Assembly (NCBI RefSeq): GCF_021028975.2
Contig: NC_059430.1
Coordinates: 70,928,001 to 70,992,000, forward strand
Origin: Sphaerodactylus townsendi
Taxonomy: Eukaryota
Reading direction: 5' to 3'
DNA length: 64,000 bases
A program made the translations under genes and the position numbers. Under the pieces are notes generated by a model. It saw only the letters and a list, made by a program, of their open reading frames with translations. It searched no databases and was not told the origin of the DNA. This document shows, piece by piece, positions 11,833-25,190 of this stretch. Positions within the stretch are counted from its first letter, which is position 1. Every line of letters starts with the position of its first letter.

Positions 11833-13660
11833 TTCTCATGAATTACAAGTTTCTGTTTTCTTATGATAAAAGATCTGTTTGCTATTTCATTCTACAATCC
11901 TTAAAAAAGTGTACATTAATGGCATTTACTTCCTAGCAAGTGTGATCTGGATAAGGGAACAGAAATCCAGAGGACCTGGTAGCCCCAAATTTAGCTTGTT
12001 AATAAATGAGCAGGGAAATGAGAGGCATGACTTTGGACCAGTTATTATTTCCCAACCTAACATACCTCACGGAGTTGTGAGTAGAAAATGGAGAAGAAAC
12101 TCTGCTCATTGCCCTGTGCTTCTTGAAAGTCAAGCAATATGCAAATGTGCAAAATGAAATGGAAAAAAGTATGACACACATAGAAATTATTATTAGCTTA
12201 TATGTGCTAATACCAAGGCATATGTTTATTTTCCTATGATATTTTAGTTATTTTAGTTGGATCAGGATAGTGGGAGAGAGGCCCTACAGGGAATCTTTAC
12301 TTGGTTACCTATAAGGGTTCTCAGTAACCCCTGAAAGGGTTCTTTTATCTTTAAACTTTAACGGTGGTGTAGAAGATGGAATTTAGGCAGCTTGCCACCT
12401 TTCAAAAGTGGAAAATTTTCTTTTCAGTGTCACTCTGCACAGACAGCAATGTTTAAAACATTAGAAACAATTGTTTGAGTGATTCTACTTCAGCCTCTTA
12501 TATTCTGCAAATAAAACATCTGTCTGTTCCTTTTTAAAGTTGATTTGACCAGGAATGAGAGGCTGACCCGGATCTAATCGTGTTCTCAGGCTCCTAGCTG
12601 GCCATTCTTTCATTTTACTTATAGCTCATGTTTAACTTATGTATATATTTAACTAATTAGAGGTAATGAGTGGGGGGCCTGCAAGGACATTGTGTTTTAT
12701 TCTCTACCACTATTGCATTTTTTCTTTCCCTGTAGCCCCTATAGCCTCTCCCCTTTTCCTGCCTTCATCTCTCCTTCTCACCCACTGGCCAACCTTCCTT
12801 TATCTTCCTCCTTCCCATTCTTGGTATTCCCTCCTGCCCTATCCCTAGCAGAAAAGTCTGGCTGTGTTGGTTAGTGCTGGCCACTGGTGCAGGCACAGTT
12901 TCATGATGGGTAGCCCATAAAAACTTGTTAGAAGCACCTTAGTTTTCCTTGTATGACCTTCCCCCACTAATTCCTCATTCCTTGTTCCTGGCAAACCACA
13001 TATCTTCACCTTTCTTGCTTCTGCCGATCCATCCCACCTCCTACCACCTCCCCCACTAACCAACCTATTTACATTTAATCTGCAATTTTTTGCTATATTT
13101 ATTATTTTTGTTGGGATGGCCTGAATATTGGGGGTTGGGATCTCTGTCTGGTATGAGTTTGCTGTGTGAAACTATTTCACTGTTGCTTTCTGTCTCTGCT
13201 TATCTCTCCTGCTTTTAGTGAAGGCCAAATGCTTTGGTTCTTAGTAGTATCACTGAGAAACTGTATGGTGGGAGGGGGAAGGGCTGTCTGGGTGCTTTAT
13301 GATTGAAATGTCCCAGCTGAGCCAAGCCAGAGACATCTTCGACTGTGAACAGAACTTATCTGACCTACAATAAAGAAATCATTGTTCATCACAACTGTTT
13401 CAATTGTTTGGTTCAAGGAGGTTCTGACAATTTTACTACATTTATACCACATCTTTCTCTCCACTATGAACCCGAAGCAGATGATACTGTTATCTTTCAT
13501 TTTATTCTCACAACAACCCTGTGAGATTGGTTAGGATGAAAGTGTGTGCCCAAGGTAACTGTTGGGAGAAATCTACTACTGAGCATCTAAATTTAGCTGC
13601 ACAAATAATAAAGAGCAAATATTTAAACAATATTTGAATTTTAATCAATAGGTAATGATA

Positions 13661-14300
13661 CAGGTAAAGGTAGCCCCCTGTGAAAGCACCAGGTCATTAC
13701 TAACTCACAGAGGCGTAGCTGGGAAAAATGGAGCCCAGGGCAGACTCTGGGTTTTCTGTCTCCCTCCCCCCCCCATGGATGCATGCGCCAGCAGAGAGGG
13801 AAAGAGGCAGGCCCTGCCATGCCCAGAGGGCTCTTGCATAGCTTGAAGGCCACACCTCTGGCGCGCCAAAGGGAAGCGGGGTGAGGCAGGGGCGCCCAGC
13901 AGCGGCCTCCATCAGGCCTGGCCAGCCTGGCCTGGCAGCAGCCTTTGCCTGCTGGGCAGGGTTGCCTGGCTGGGCAGGGTTGGGTGGAGGATGGGTGTGG
14001 GGGGTGATGTTCCGCCTTCCATGTGACCCCAACAGTCCCCACCCCATCCCCTGATAGCTACGCCACTGCTAACTCATGGAGTGAGTGACGTTTAGGAGAT
14101 GGTCTGCCATTGCATTCCCCAATCACCTATACTTTACCACCAGCAAGCTGATTATTCATTTTACCGACCTTGAAATGATGGAAGATTCAATCAATCTTGA
14201 GCTGGTTACATGAAACCTGATTCCCATCAGGATAGAACTCAGGTCATTAGCAGAGCTTTGACTGTGACGCTGCAGCTTACCACTCTGAGCTACAGGACTC
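13661..14300 (-). mobile_element. Sauria-type SINE interrupted by a hAT MITE
   Basis: AGGTAAAGGT tail (reverse complement of ACCTTT repeats) and core CATTTTACCGACCT...GATGGAAG. Confidence 0.7.
13708..14068. mobile_element. hAT MITE
   Basis: TIR CAGAGGCGTAGCT / AGCTACGCCACTG and perfect 8-bp TSD CTAACTCA (13700-13707, 14069-14076). Confidence 0.9.
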
Positions 14301-15619
14301 TTTTATTTGGATCGATACAGTATAAAAATATCTGGAAGCAAATTTGTAAGTTACACAAATAACTGTGATAAACCTTATTGCAAATTTTTTTGCTGAATTT
14401 TTTGAAGTGTCTTCAACTTTTGTCAGTTAAATGCATAAAAATTCTACAGATACCTGTGGAACACATGTAAAGTTTTAGGGCTGTAGCTTATCATAATATC
14501 AGAATTCGGGACTTGCAACTGTTGAAGAGCAAACTCAGCCCATCCCACTGAAGGAGATAATCACAGTGCCACTAAATTCACAGTGTGCAGTTAGTAGATA
14601 AGACTTTGGAAACTTGACCTATCATGTATGCTCTATTTTTTTTCATGATGTTCCATGTTGCTTTGAGCCAATTCTGCTCTTCTAATGTATGACATATGTT
14701 AGATGGTGGCCTTTGGTAAAAGTTCTGCATGTCATTTTCATTAAAGTTTTTTTTGGATTCCATAGCAGATTTTTTCTGAAAATTAGAAATGGTGAAGAAA
14801 TTAACTTAGCTTTGCTGTATGTGAGGGTACAGGGAAGAACAGCAGATGTTTAATCATTGGGAAAGAATATTGATTTGGGTGTTGCAGAGGTGAATTCTTC
14901 CCAATGTATTATTCACCAAAGACACCCACATGATTATGTGGATCAATACTCAGGTGGGAGTATGAATTTTTTTAGGAAGATCCATGGGATACAGAATTGT
15001 CATTTTTATATATTCTTTTCCTGAGAACTACGGGGTGAATGAATCCTGTGTAAGATTTCCAGGTGTGCAACTATCATTGTGAAAATGTTAAGATTATCTG
15101 CTTGCATTAAGAGAAAGTCATTGTATCCCCACTAACTTTTCTTTGTGCACAAAAATATAGCAAATGAAATAATGCAAACTGACTATTGTATATTCCATTG
15201 TTCTTTATATTTAAGTGCTGTTTTTGCAACTCTTTGCATAAGCAGAAGCATGCTAAATATGTTTTCTTTTCACTCATACAACATGTTTCACTAGATCCAG
15301 TGGTTATCTAATTCATACCTAGTCCCAGTACAATCCTATGATGTGTTACTCCAATATAAACCCACTGAAATCACCTGGAACTACTGTTCATAGGTTTGCA
15401 CTGCCTGTTATGTAGTTAAAGGGTGGGGGGTAAGGCTGCATGTAGCAGTGGTGCCTGTTGGTTGGTCTGGCTTGGTAGCTTTATTTGTGTCATATTTTAC
15501 TCGACTTTTTCTGCTAGTTACACTGGCTGAAAAGCTAACAGTGAAAGAAAAGCCCTTTCCCTCACCACTACAGCATTTGTTCCTAGGGGACAGAGGAGCT
15601 GTGTTCAGGATTGCAACAC

Positions 15620-16780
15620 GTAGGCAGGCACGCTTGTGCTCAGGCCACGTTCGGCTTAAATTTATAATTATTCTTACTTATTTTTGACGCTGCCTGTTTG
15701 TGCCACTTTCCCATCCTGTTTCAAGAGGCGGCCTCAAGAATCGAATCCATGGTGTTCAAGACGCGGAAATGATGGGGAGTAGAGGAGAGCAAAAGACCCG
15801 ACTTCAGGGGAGGGCCGGGCCACTTTTGGGGAAGTCGAAGGGAGTTTCCCGCGCTGGTCGGCTTTGCCAGGGCCAGGACAGGAGGCTGCTCCACGGAGGC
15901 GTGGCGCTGCAGCTGCAAACAGCAGGAGGAAAGGAAAAAGCATCAGTTCTGGGGCAGGAATGATGCTGGGGCACGAACTGGGCTGCTAGAAACCACTTGG
16001 AAAGTTTTCTCCTCAAGCAGAAGAGGCGAGGCTTTGCAGACTGCGAGGCAATGCCAAGGTACGGACGCCTAAGTTTTGCTTTTTGGGTTGGAGGGCTGTT
16101 TGGCACGCCTCGTCTTCTCCTTCAGGCCTTTGGGGTTCCTAACTATCGCGCTGCTCTCTCTTTCTCTTTTGCACCGTTTCCTGCTTGCCTGTTTCGTTTT
16201 AAGGCATATGTTTATCAGGATGGGAGGAAAAAGCGGCGCTGGCTGCAAAGTTGCAATAGTTCGGGCGCCTTCTTGGTGGCGCATCTCCTATCTCGGGTCT
16301 CCCTTTCCTTTTAGATGAAAATACTTCTGAAAGACCCCCCCCCCCCCCCCCCGTCTCCCTATTTGTTTATTCCTTCAGGGTCGTGCGTTAAAGCTTGTCA
16401 AAAGGGAGGGGGTAAGAGCTTCATTACTCGGAGGAGCGAGCTGGCAGATGTCCCGAGCGAGAGAAGCTCTTCCTCCAGGGCCTGGAAGGCCAGCGCGTGC
16501 AGCTCCGCCTGAAAAGAGCTTTTTGATCTCACTCCCTCGAGGTAAGTTGCCCGAAAGTTTTTCTGCAAAATGCGGCGATGCTGCCACAGTGATTTGGCTT
16601 GGCGGGGGCGGGAGAGGGGGATGGCTCTTGAACAAAACCCGCTGCATGGTTTTGCTACCCCTCCCCACCTTTTTCACTTTCAGAAGGAGATGGCTGCGGC
16701 GAGTGCCTGCTTTTCTGGCCTTCTGTTTATTGTCCCTTCAAAAAAAAAAAAGAAGTGTGTGCGCACAACGCCTCCCAAAT
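15620..16780 (+). promoter_or_regulatory. MDFIC: CpG island / MDFIC promoter with putative non-coding first exon ending at 16058
   Basis: GC- and CpG-rich non-repeat region around the first coding exon. Candidate donor AAG|GTACGG at 16058/16059. The transcription start cannot be determined from sequence. Confidence 0.7.
16448..16541 (+). CDS. MDFIC: MDFIC first coding exon (MSRAREALPPGPGRPARAAPPEKSFLISLPR + G, phase 1)
   Basis: ATG at 16448. The peptide resembles the recalled human MDFIC N-terminus MSGAGEALAPGPVGP and has the same length to the splice site. Donor GAG|GTAAGT at 16541/16542. Upstream acceptor TTCCTTCAG|G at 16378/16379. Lies in a CpG island. Confidence 0.85.
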
Positions 16781-18004
16781 TCCTAAGCCAGGCTGAGGCA
16801 TGCAGGAGCTTCCTGTACAAAAACGCTGTTCATCTTCTTAGGTCAACTGTGGTACTTTGAAGCTCTCAGAAGGGTTAGATGCTGTTGGCCTTTCTGCTCC
16901 CCCAGAGTATATATTTAACTTCTGTTATTTCTTTAACTTCTTCTGCCATTACAGTTTACAGCAACCGTTGAAGGTTAGATCACGTGATGAAGTTGGTGTT
17001 AGTGTGACAAGTCCTGTTTTCCTTTGAAACAGATGGCCATTTGGGATTAAAGAGTACTGAGTGATGTCTAAAGATGTTATCATGCAGCTCCACTAGTTGT
17101 TTTGTTTGGGGTTGTGCTCCACTAGTTGTTTTGTTTGGGGTTGTTGGTGTACCATTCACCCCAAAAGACTAGTTTCACAAACACTTCTGCATCCCAGAAG
17201 ATTGGTAAATGGATTGCTTATTGTTGTGTTGTTGTGATTCAAACTTTTAAAGAGCATTTGGAAAAATAGCAGCCAGTAGAATCCTGTAGAATTCTATGTG
17301 ACATCATTAAAATCCTCTTCATGTAAGGAAGTAAACACTGCTCTGTGTTCAGGTGTATGTAAATGCTTATAGGATTGCAACATGCTATAAAAGTTACTAC
17401 AACTGTACTTATGTGAGTGATCTTCTTACATGAGCATGTGATGTGGGAGTGGGAAGCTCAGAAAAAACTATATCACCTTCTCAATAGTACTGGAGGAGCT
17501 GTTCTCTTCTGTGAGCCCAGCCTTCCACACCTGCACTGTTTAGCAAGTAGATCTTTTGTGCAAGCTGTTATTTGTTTACTTCAGAATCACGATAGTTTTT
17601 ATTTGTTTAGATGCATATACTCCTTTCTCCCTAATTAATTGTTACTTATAGTCTGCCTTTTAATCTGCCTTTGTGTAATTTGCCTTGAGTCTCAGTGTAG
17701 TTTTTGTGTAATTTGCCTTGAGTCTCAGTGTAGGTTTAAGACATCCAGTAAGCAAAGTAGCAAGACTACGATTACAGAAATCAGAAAACAAAGCATACAT
17801 ATTAGATGTGATATGCTAACAATGCCAAAAGGTGGAATTATGTAAACAGATTCTGTAGTGGGAGCAAGATAATGCATACAGTAAACAGGTATATTAAATG
17901 TGGTAATGTAGTCTTTGAGACAAGCTTCCCATTGTTATCTCATGTTGCTATTGACATCCAAGGGAGAAAAAGCAATAATAAAGATTCAGTGAAGAGGAGA
18001 TTAA

Positions 18005-19630
18005 CTTCAATGTCAATTGACCTTTATTAGGCATATCAGTAAAACAAAATACAGGACAGAGTAGATGTTAAAACATTACATAAAACTGGACAAAGCATGT
18101 AAGGTTAGTACAGAAGAGGTGGTCAAACTTCCATTACGTCTTTGACTTGAGCACTTCTAATAAAAATTCATCAGTTTTTCCAGTTATCCCGCCGTTGCTG
18201 TTATTCAGCAGGTGAATAGTCTTTGTATGCTCCAAAAAACTTTTTTTATTCCCTAGAGCCGGGACAAGTAGGGAGAGTCTTGGTAACGCATACCTCAGAA
18301 AACATAATATGCTCGAGGGTCTCAACAGTATCCTAACAATCTGCACATGTTCTATTTTGAAGTGGAATATTCAACTGTCGGCCCTTTAGAACAGCTGATG
18401 GGAATGCGCTACATGTAGCTCGAGTGATGATCCATCTCTGCCTGGGCTCTGACAGTTGGAATAGATATTTATCTGTGAAGATAATTTCAGGATAGATTTG
18501 AAAGTGTATGGGAGAGCAAGATGTCCTGGCTGCACTCAATAGCAACTGGTATTCCTGGTCCAGTAGCCTTCTTTTTAGGGATAGCCAAATTTTGTTTGCA
18601 GATTGCATAAAAAAGGTTCCTAAGGAGAGACCTAAAGAGGTTATTTTGACTTCTATACATTTCCACCATTCGGAGGATTGCAGTTCAGAGAGGGCTAAAT
18701 GGGTGAGGCTTTCGGCCTCAGTAGTAAAGCAAAGATGGGACCAGAATTTTAAAATAGTCATCCACGCTCTGGTTTCCAACAGGTGCTGTCCTGATTCGAG
18801 ACACAGAACAGCATATGAACACAGTGGGGTACCCCAAAAATATTGTAGAGAAATTTGGATTGGACTCTCTCTACAGATTTATTCCAAGCTCCAATCCAAA
18901 GGGGAACTCCTTAAAGGAGTTGATGTGTCACCTTTGCATTGAAGACTTTTAAGGCCGCAGGTATGAATTCATGTCCTTTAGAGAAAAAGAACCTTACAAC
19001 TGCATCAACAGAATTCTGACATCCCCTGATTGCTGCCTCAAATAGGAGATTAAGGAACAAGGCATGAGGGAATGAGTTTGATTGGTCTTTGGATAGGAAC
19101 CAACTCCAGGGCCATTTTTTGTTTTCCTTTAGTCATCATTGAAAGACAGTTGGGTGGAATTTGCCATTTTTCTTTGTATCTCCACAAGGAAATAGGCTGC
19201 ATGTGAAAGCAGGGTCTGGCCATTCAGAGTGTGGGTGGGTGTATTGTTAAAAAATTGTGATCCCCAACAGTTGGAGGCCTAAGCTAAAAAGAATGGGAAA
19301 TAGCTGCAACTTTTGGGATGACAAGCTGACTTTGAAGAAGGGAAGTCAGATTCCAAAGAAAGACATGCTGACACAAAATCCCATAATTGTTATTTTAAAA
19401 TTTCCTCTATACTTACTTGAATTGGGAAAGCAAAGCCAAACAAGGATAATGCAGTTGATTCCATTAGTTTTTAATCTTGAATTTTATTGATGCAGTTGTC
19501 CTTAATTGCATGTCTGGCCCCTTTTCCCAAATTATGGAGAGAGCTGCCACTGCCTGCATAAGTTCCATCTTGGGTGAAATTATTTTAGTATTTGTGGCTT
19601 GTGGGCAGAGCAACTTTCTTGGGAAGTTTA
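18005..19630 (-). mobile_element. RTE-X-like LINE 3' portion (degenerate ORF2 C-terminus)
   Basis: Minus-strand peptide ...FPSAVLKGRQLNIPLQNRTCADC...VETLEH is homologous to the zinc-knuckle region at 44448-44663. 3' motif ATGCCTAATAAAGG. The clade assignment is inference. Confidence 0.7.
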
Positions 19631-19678
19631 ATGATGTAGCAACTTATAAGTGTAAATTATGTTTTTACTCCCAAGTTT

Positions 19679-20753
19679 TGTAAGCAGAAAATTTGAGGGG
19701 ATAAGAGAGGAAATGCATATATAGATTTAGATAATCAAATAGTATGTTATTAGGCTGATGGGGGGGGGGGGGACTCTGCTTTTGATGCTCCTACCCATCT
19801 TGCCAACCCTTGGGTTCCTAGCAGAGCATTGCCAAGATGGGGTGCCCATTCTCTGTATTGGTTGAGCGTTACCCACGAGGACAGAAAACTTGTCTAGACT
19901 TACCCTCACCCATGCCTTGCAAAATAGCCTCCTTCTCCCTTCCTAAAGGGATTAATGTGAAATCAATGCCTTTAGCTGAGAAAGCCTGTTCATACCTCTA
20001 GCCCTGGGCTGTCTACCTCATTAAGACGAACATGCTTATATAATCCCATCAAAGAGTTCCCTGCCAGCAATCCTCCAGCAATACTAATCTTATTTCTAAT
20101 TTCTAACTTCTCTCTAAAACCACCTTCAGTAGCATCACCTTTGTCTAGAAGCTGTGATTGAATCAGGCTCCCCGGCTTAGTACATTAAGCCCTGTGCCCA
20201 GCCATCGGTTTTAACTATCCAACACGTAAGTGTAGTTCCTTTTTGTCTTCCCCAGGAAGACAAGAACCCTACCTTGTCCAGGAAAATTAAACTATCTTAG
20301 CTTGGCTAGAGGGCCAGATCGTCCCTATAAATTAGCTCCTCACCCAGTACTTCTGAGCTACCCTTTGGCTCAGTAGTTGCTGCTTGCCATTTTTTTCTAC
20401 AGCACTTTCTTGGTGCCCAGTGTGGGTTGCTGGACTTTGCTTCTTGGACCCTAAGCCTCTTCAGGATCTAGTAAAGTATCTCACACACCCCTTCCTGTTT
20501 CCAAACTTACCAACACTATATCCTAGGACTGTGTGACTTCTCTGTGTGCTTTGACCAGTTGTGTGCTTGCATTTTTATTATTTTACTTTTCTTAATAAAA
20601 CTGTTTAAACTTTTACAAAGTTCTCCTGTGGATTTTTTTTTCAAAAACTGATCTCCATAAAAGTTGGCAACAAAGATTCCAAGCTTGCCCAACCTCTTGT
20701 TAAACCAGGTCTGTGCTTCGCTAATTCCACACTGAAAAGGGCAGACCCCAGCA
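19679..20753 (+). mobile_element. Probable solo LTR
   Basis: TG...CA ends, TATAAA near 20326, AATAAA near 20594, imperfect 4-bp TSD (GTTT/TTTT). Confidence 0.55.
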
Positions 20754-21276
20754 TTTTGTGTAAAAGTATTCTGTGTAAGAATTCTATGCTTCAGGCAGAG
20801 ATTGTTGCATTGAACCTTGACAATTTTGCCTTTTTTTGGCAGTATCTCAACACTGATAATACTGAAACCACAAGTTTTGCAAGTTTTCTCATTTTTCCAG
20901 ATTATGTAGCTTGCTTTACTGGCAATGACTGAATGTTTTGAGTAAAAGAGGCATTTTTTTCTTGCTAATGTTTCTCAGTATTATTAGTACTACTGTTTTG
21001 AGTGATGAGTACTGTCATTTGGTTGTCTCTTGTTTAATTGTCTTATGTTACTTTACATGATTCACTTTGATTTTAATGCAGCTGTGAATTTAACTAACAA
21101 AATGCCAGGTTTTTGGCAGAGCATCAACACTGATGTTGCAAGATCACACTTTGGCATTCAGTTTCATGTGCGTAATTCCAGTTCAGATGATTATTACACA
21201 TGGAGAAATGATATACATTTACGTCTGAGGAAAAATCTGAACCATCTTAGAAACTGCTTTTAGATCATGCCATCTT

Positions 21277-21851
21277 TTTTTATAATAGTTTTTACTGAAA
21301 GTTTCAAATCTATATAAAATTATAATTACATATGTGTTTATTTAACAATTTATATCTCCCAATAATTTGACAAAAGGTTGCATAGTATAAAACCTAGTGT
21401 TGTTTTATTATTTCCCCTTTGTTATTGGTTAACTGCCCCCACCTAGCAATACTCTCCTGTCAACTAATCTACTTAACACTTGAGATATAACAATGTTATG
21501 GGTTAAAAGAAAGAACAAAGAACACCAACTGAGAAACTTAACTACAACAGGGTGGTATTGAAACTACTCCCTTTCCTCTCTTACCCTTACCCCCCTGCAA
21601 TAATCCCCCTAAACCCTCCCCCCTGACTTCCCCTACAGGTAAAAGAAAACTTTATCTTTTTGTTATAGTTAACTAAACCATATAGTCTATATTACCTCAC
21701 TTTTGTAACTACTAATACTGGCTATAACATTCTATAACATCTCTGTCCAGGTTCATTGGCATCATCTATAAAAGAAAGTAAGAAATATAATCATAGTAAC
21801 AATTATCTATCTACGTTTATCCAAAAAGAACAAAAGACAAGAAATCAAAAA
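21277..21851 (-). mobile_element. 5'-truncated poly(A) retro-insertion (L1-like 3' UTR)
   Basis: 13-bp TSD ATCATGCCATCTT (21264-21276, 21852-21864) with a T-run at the left end. Confidence 0.75.
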
Positions 21852-23956
21852 ATCATGCCATCTTGAAGGACAGTGGGGTCTCTGACAGAGGGACATGTGG
21901 GGGTCAATTGACTCTGGGGCCCCTCATTAGATCACATGGGGGGTCACTGGGCGACCCTTGGCCTGGCCCCGCCAGGCTGCTCCTTCAGCTGGTGGGGCTA
22001 GGCAGAGGGGTGGCCTGTGGCTCGGGCCCCATTTTCCCCCAGTACACCTCTGCTGAAGGATCTTTTAGGTGAAATTTCTCACCTTGGATTATTTTCCAGC
22101 AAAACTCTGCATGATTGGAGTAATAGGCAATCCTGTAGGATTGACTTAGGCAATCTTGTAGGATTTTCAAGGCAAGAGGTGTTCACAGATGGTTTGCCAT
22201 TGCCTGCCTCTGTGTCACGACCATGGTATTCCTTTGAGGTCTTCCATCCATATACCAGCCAGGATTGAGACTGAGAGGTGTGTGATTAGCCCAAGGTCCA
22301 TGGTTCAAATGGGTTTCCCAGGAACTAGTTTCCCAGGTACTAGTCCAACACCTTAATAATTACACCTCACTGGCTCTCCACGATCACTTTAGGAGCACGT
22401 TCTTATCCCTGGCACATTCCAGTAATGGTAACCTGGAGCCAGAAGTATGCTACTTTAGTATGTCCCCCTGAAACATATTTGTTCAATTTCAAATTATAGT
22501 CCAAATTTGTTCTAAAACTTTCTCAAATATAAGAAAGAAATCTCCCTTTTCCTTTCAAATTATTCCAATGGAGTACTGGGGAGATTCTACATCTGACTTT
22601 GGAAATCTCCATAGGGATTCATGTGCTTGCAATAGTCTTTTTGACTTAGTTAATGACATGCCATCCCAAATTTTGAAGTAGAACTGAATCTGAAGTGGAG
22701 TGAAATCAAGAAAAATATCTGGTGAACTGCAAAATTAGCAAGTTCCAAGCAATCAAAATAATGTTACTCATTGTTAATATCAGATAATGAAAGCTATCAG
22801 AGAACAGGTTATTGCCAACTTCATGTGCTACCATGTCCTGCTTCCTGTGATCACTACCTTTCTATTGCATCACCTAAGGATTCTGTCATCCATAATCAAA
22901 GCACTAACTTAAACCTGTACATTCTTGTATTTCTTGATTTTAATATTATAAAGATTTCCTTTTAGCAGAACAGATAGTGCTACACAATACAGCAAAATTT
23001 TGGATGAATTGTTCATGCAGTTAAGCAGTAAACATTCTACAGAAATGCTATATTGGATGAGAGTTTAATCAAGATCTTAAATTTTGTTTTTTTTTCTTCT
23101 CCTGGTATATGTTAAAAATCCCCCAAAAGTTTTTCAAATAGAAAAGCAGAGCTCAAAATTCAGTTTTAATAAATGATGCCTGCTTTAAAGTTCTTACATT
23201 TTGAGTCTGTGCACCATTGTGATAGTGTTCAGTTGGGATAATTTGTACAAGGGTGAAAATCTATTGTCATTGCTTGCTACAAAAGAGGTATCAGGATTAT
23301 TCCAGTAGTTATAGACCCATAAATCTTTTGCCAGTTATAGGGAAGGACTGGACTACTACATGCTGTCTTCTCCAAGGTAAAGTGATAATGTGGGGACTGT
23401 TTTTGGCTTGCAGCAGCTTCCATTAAGGCTTGGATGGATTTTCTAAATTATGTGGAAAGCTTTACACATTAGCAAAAGGCTCCAAGAACATCCAGTGCTG
23501 ATAAGGAAAGTTTCCATGTTCTTCCATCTACCTGGCAAGCTTCACTAGATTTTGGGATGAGAGCTGAGAAAAATTGGAAGCTATTTGTTGTGGGGACAAA
23601 ACAATGTTGCTTTGTTGTTTCAGTATCATTTGCTCCAAATGAGAAAGTACCCCTGAGAACGCCCTTTTTATGGCTGGACATGCCTATTCTCTTTTAAAAT
23701 GAATGGATGAATATAGAAACGGGGTAGAACTTTTTTTATTAACCTTTTCTTTTAAAAAAAAACTTGAATAATTTGCTGCAGTGGTATTTTAGGTGTCTAA
23801 CTTTGGCCCATTTGTGCCTTAGGTGTTCTCTTAACCACAAACAAATGTACATGAGAATGCTTTGGGAAATCTCCACTGATAAAAATAGCTTGTAAAGTAG
23901 GAGTAAAGCTGTTTGAATTGGTGACTGCAGTTTTATCCTTTGTTCTTGTTGTTTAG

Positions 23957-24082
23957 AAAAGTCTGGAGACAGAATGGCTGTAGGGGAGAAAGAGATAACA
24001 GAACTTTCAAATAACCAGAGTATACAAGCAAATACACAAGACCAGTCAGTCTGGGGAAATAATGGTGATGACCTCGTCAGAA
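23957..24082 (+). CDS. MDFIC: MDFIC internal coding exon (EKSGDRMAVGEKEITELSNNQSIQANTQDQSVWGNNGDDLVR)
   Basis: Polypyrimidine tract and TTTAG acceptor, donor GAA|GTAAGT, 126 nt, phase 1-1. Matches recalled human EKDITQATNSHFTHGEMQDQSIWGNPSDGELIR. Absent from the ORF track; found by reading splice sites. Confidence 0.9.
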
Positions 24083-24533
24083 GTAAGTTTTACCAGAACA
24101 AATTGCTGCTGTTTAGACTTTCTGTTGTGCAATCTGTGTACTGACTAAGCCAAATCTGTGTCAAATACAGTTTGTGTGAATTGCAATATGTCTGAAATTT
24201 CTATCCAGAGCTGATTTCTACCTCTATAGAAGAGTAGAAACTTAAGATATAAATATGCTGTTTGGTTATTTGTGTCCTGTACCATGTCAGTAAGGCCTTT
24301 GTAATTTTATTACCACACTGTTCCATGGATTCAGTGTTAAACTACCATAATAAATGTCAACCTCATTTTGTGTATTCCTATTTCTCTCACAAATATCTAC
24401 CAATCTCAGATATACTACGGGAGGATTCAAGCCCCCTCCAAACTTCATTCTAGATTCAAGATGTGGAGTAGCTATAGAATTTGTTTTAAAAACATACTTG
24501 TAAATTAAATAAAGGGCTTGTTGATTTAAACTA

Positions 24534-24683
24534 NNNNNNNNNNNNNNNNNNNNNNNNNNNNNNNNNNNNNNNNNNNNNNNNNNNNNNNNNNNNNNNNNNN
24601 NNNNNNNNNNNNNNNNNNNNNNNNNNNNNNNNNNNNNNNNNNNNNNNNNNNNNNNNNNNNNNNNNNNNNNNNNNNNNNNNNNN
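24534..24683. other. Assembly gap
   Basis: Run of N. Confidence 1.
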
Positions 24684-25190
24684 ATAATTTGTGTTTCAGG
24701 AAATCTTGATTAGATTATATAAAGAGCTGTAAAGGATTATTTTGGAACTACTGGATCATACAAACACTGATTTTTTTAAAAAAAATTCTTCCATCTTTTG
24801 ACAATTGTATAATTGGTGCATGAATATATTGGAGATTCCTTGGTGTGATGATATAGTATAGTGATTCAGGGTCTGGTATACATCTGAGATCAGTATTCAA
24901 GATTCAATGCAGCCACTCCTTTGCTCTGACTTGGTAAGGCCATTGTTTCTCATCTTGTCTAAATGCACACAACATCCTATTCCTGTTTTTAATATTGAAA
25001 CAGGTATGATGGCATATGTTGTTAATGTTGATTTCTACATCTTTCCTAATGTAGCACTTGAACCCTTGCCACATGGATTTAATCAGTGTTTGTGCAGAGT
25101 TCATTTTGCAGAAGAGATAAATTAAAGGATATATTTACAAATTTTATTTATATACACACACACATACATATACACACAAACACACACATA

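Noticed and set aside
16542-16786. 112-aa ORF reading through from the MDFIC ATG (and 52812-53216 as a single 134-aa ORF)
   Set aside because: Similarity to MDFIC stops at canonical splice sites. The extensions are intronic.
17086-17731. Short tandem duplications of about 30 bp (17086-17145, 17670-17732; others at 1182-1240 and 37782-37843)
   Set aside because: Ordinary slippage or repair duplications with no further structure.
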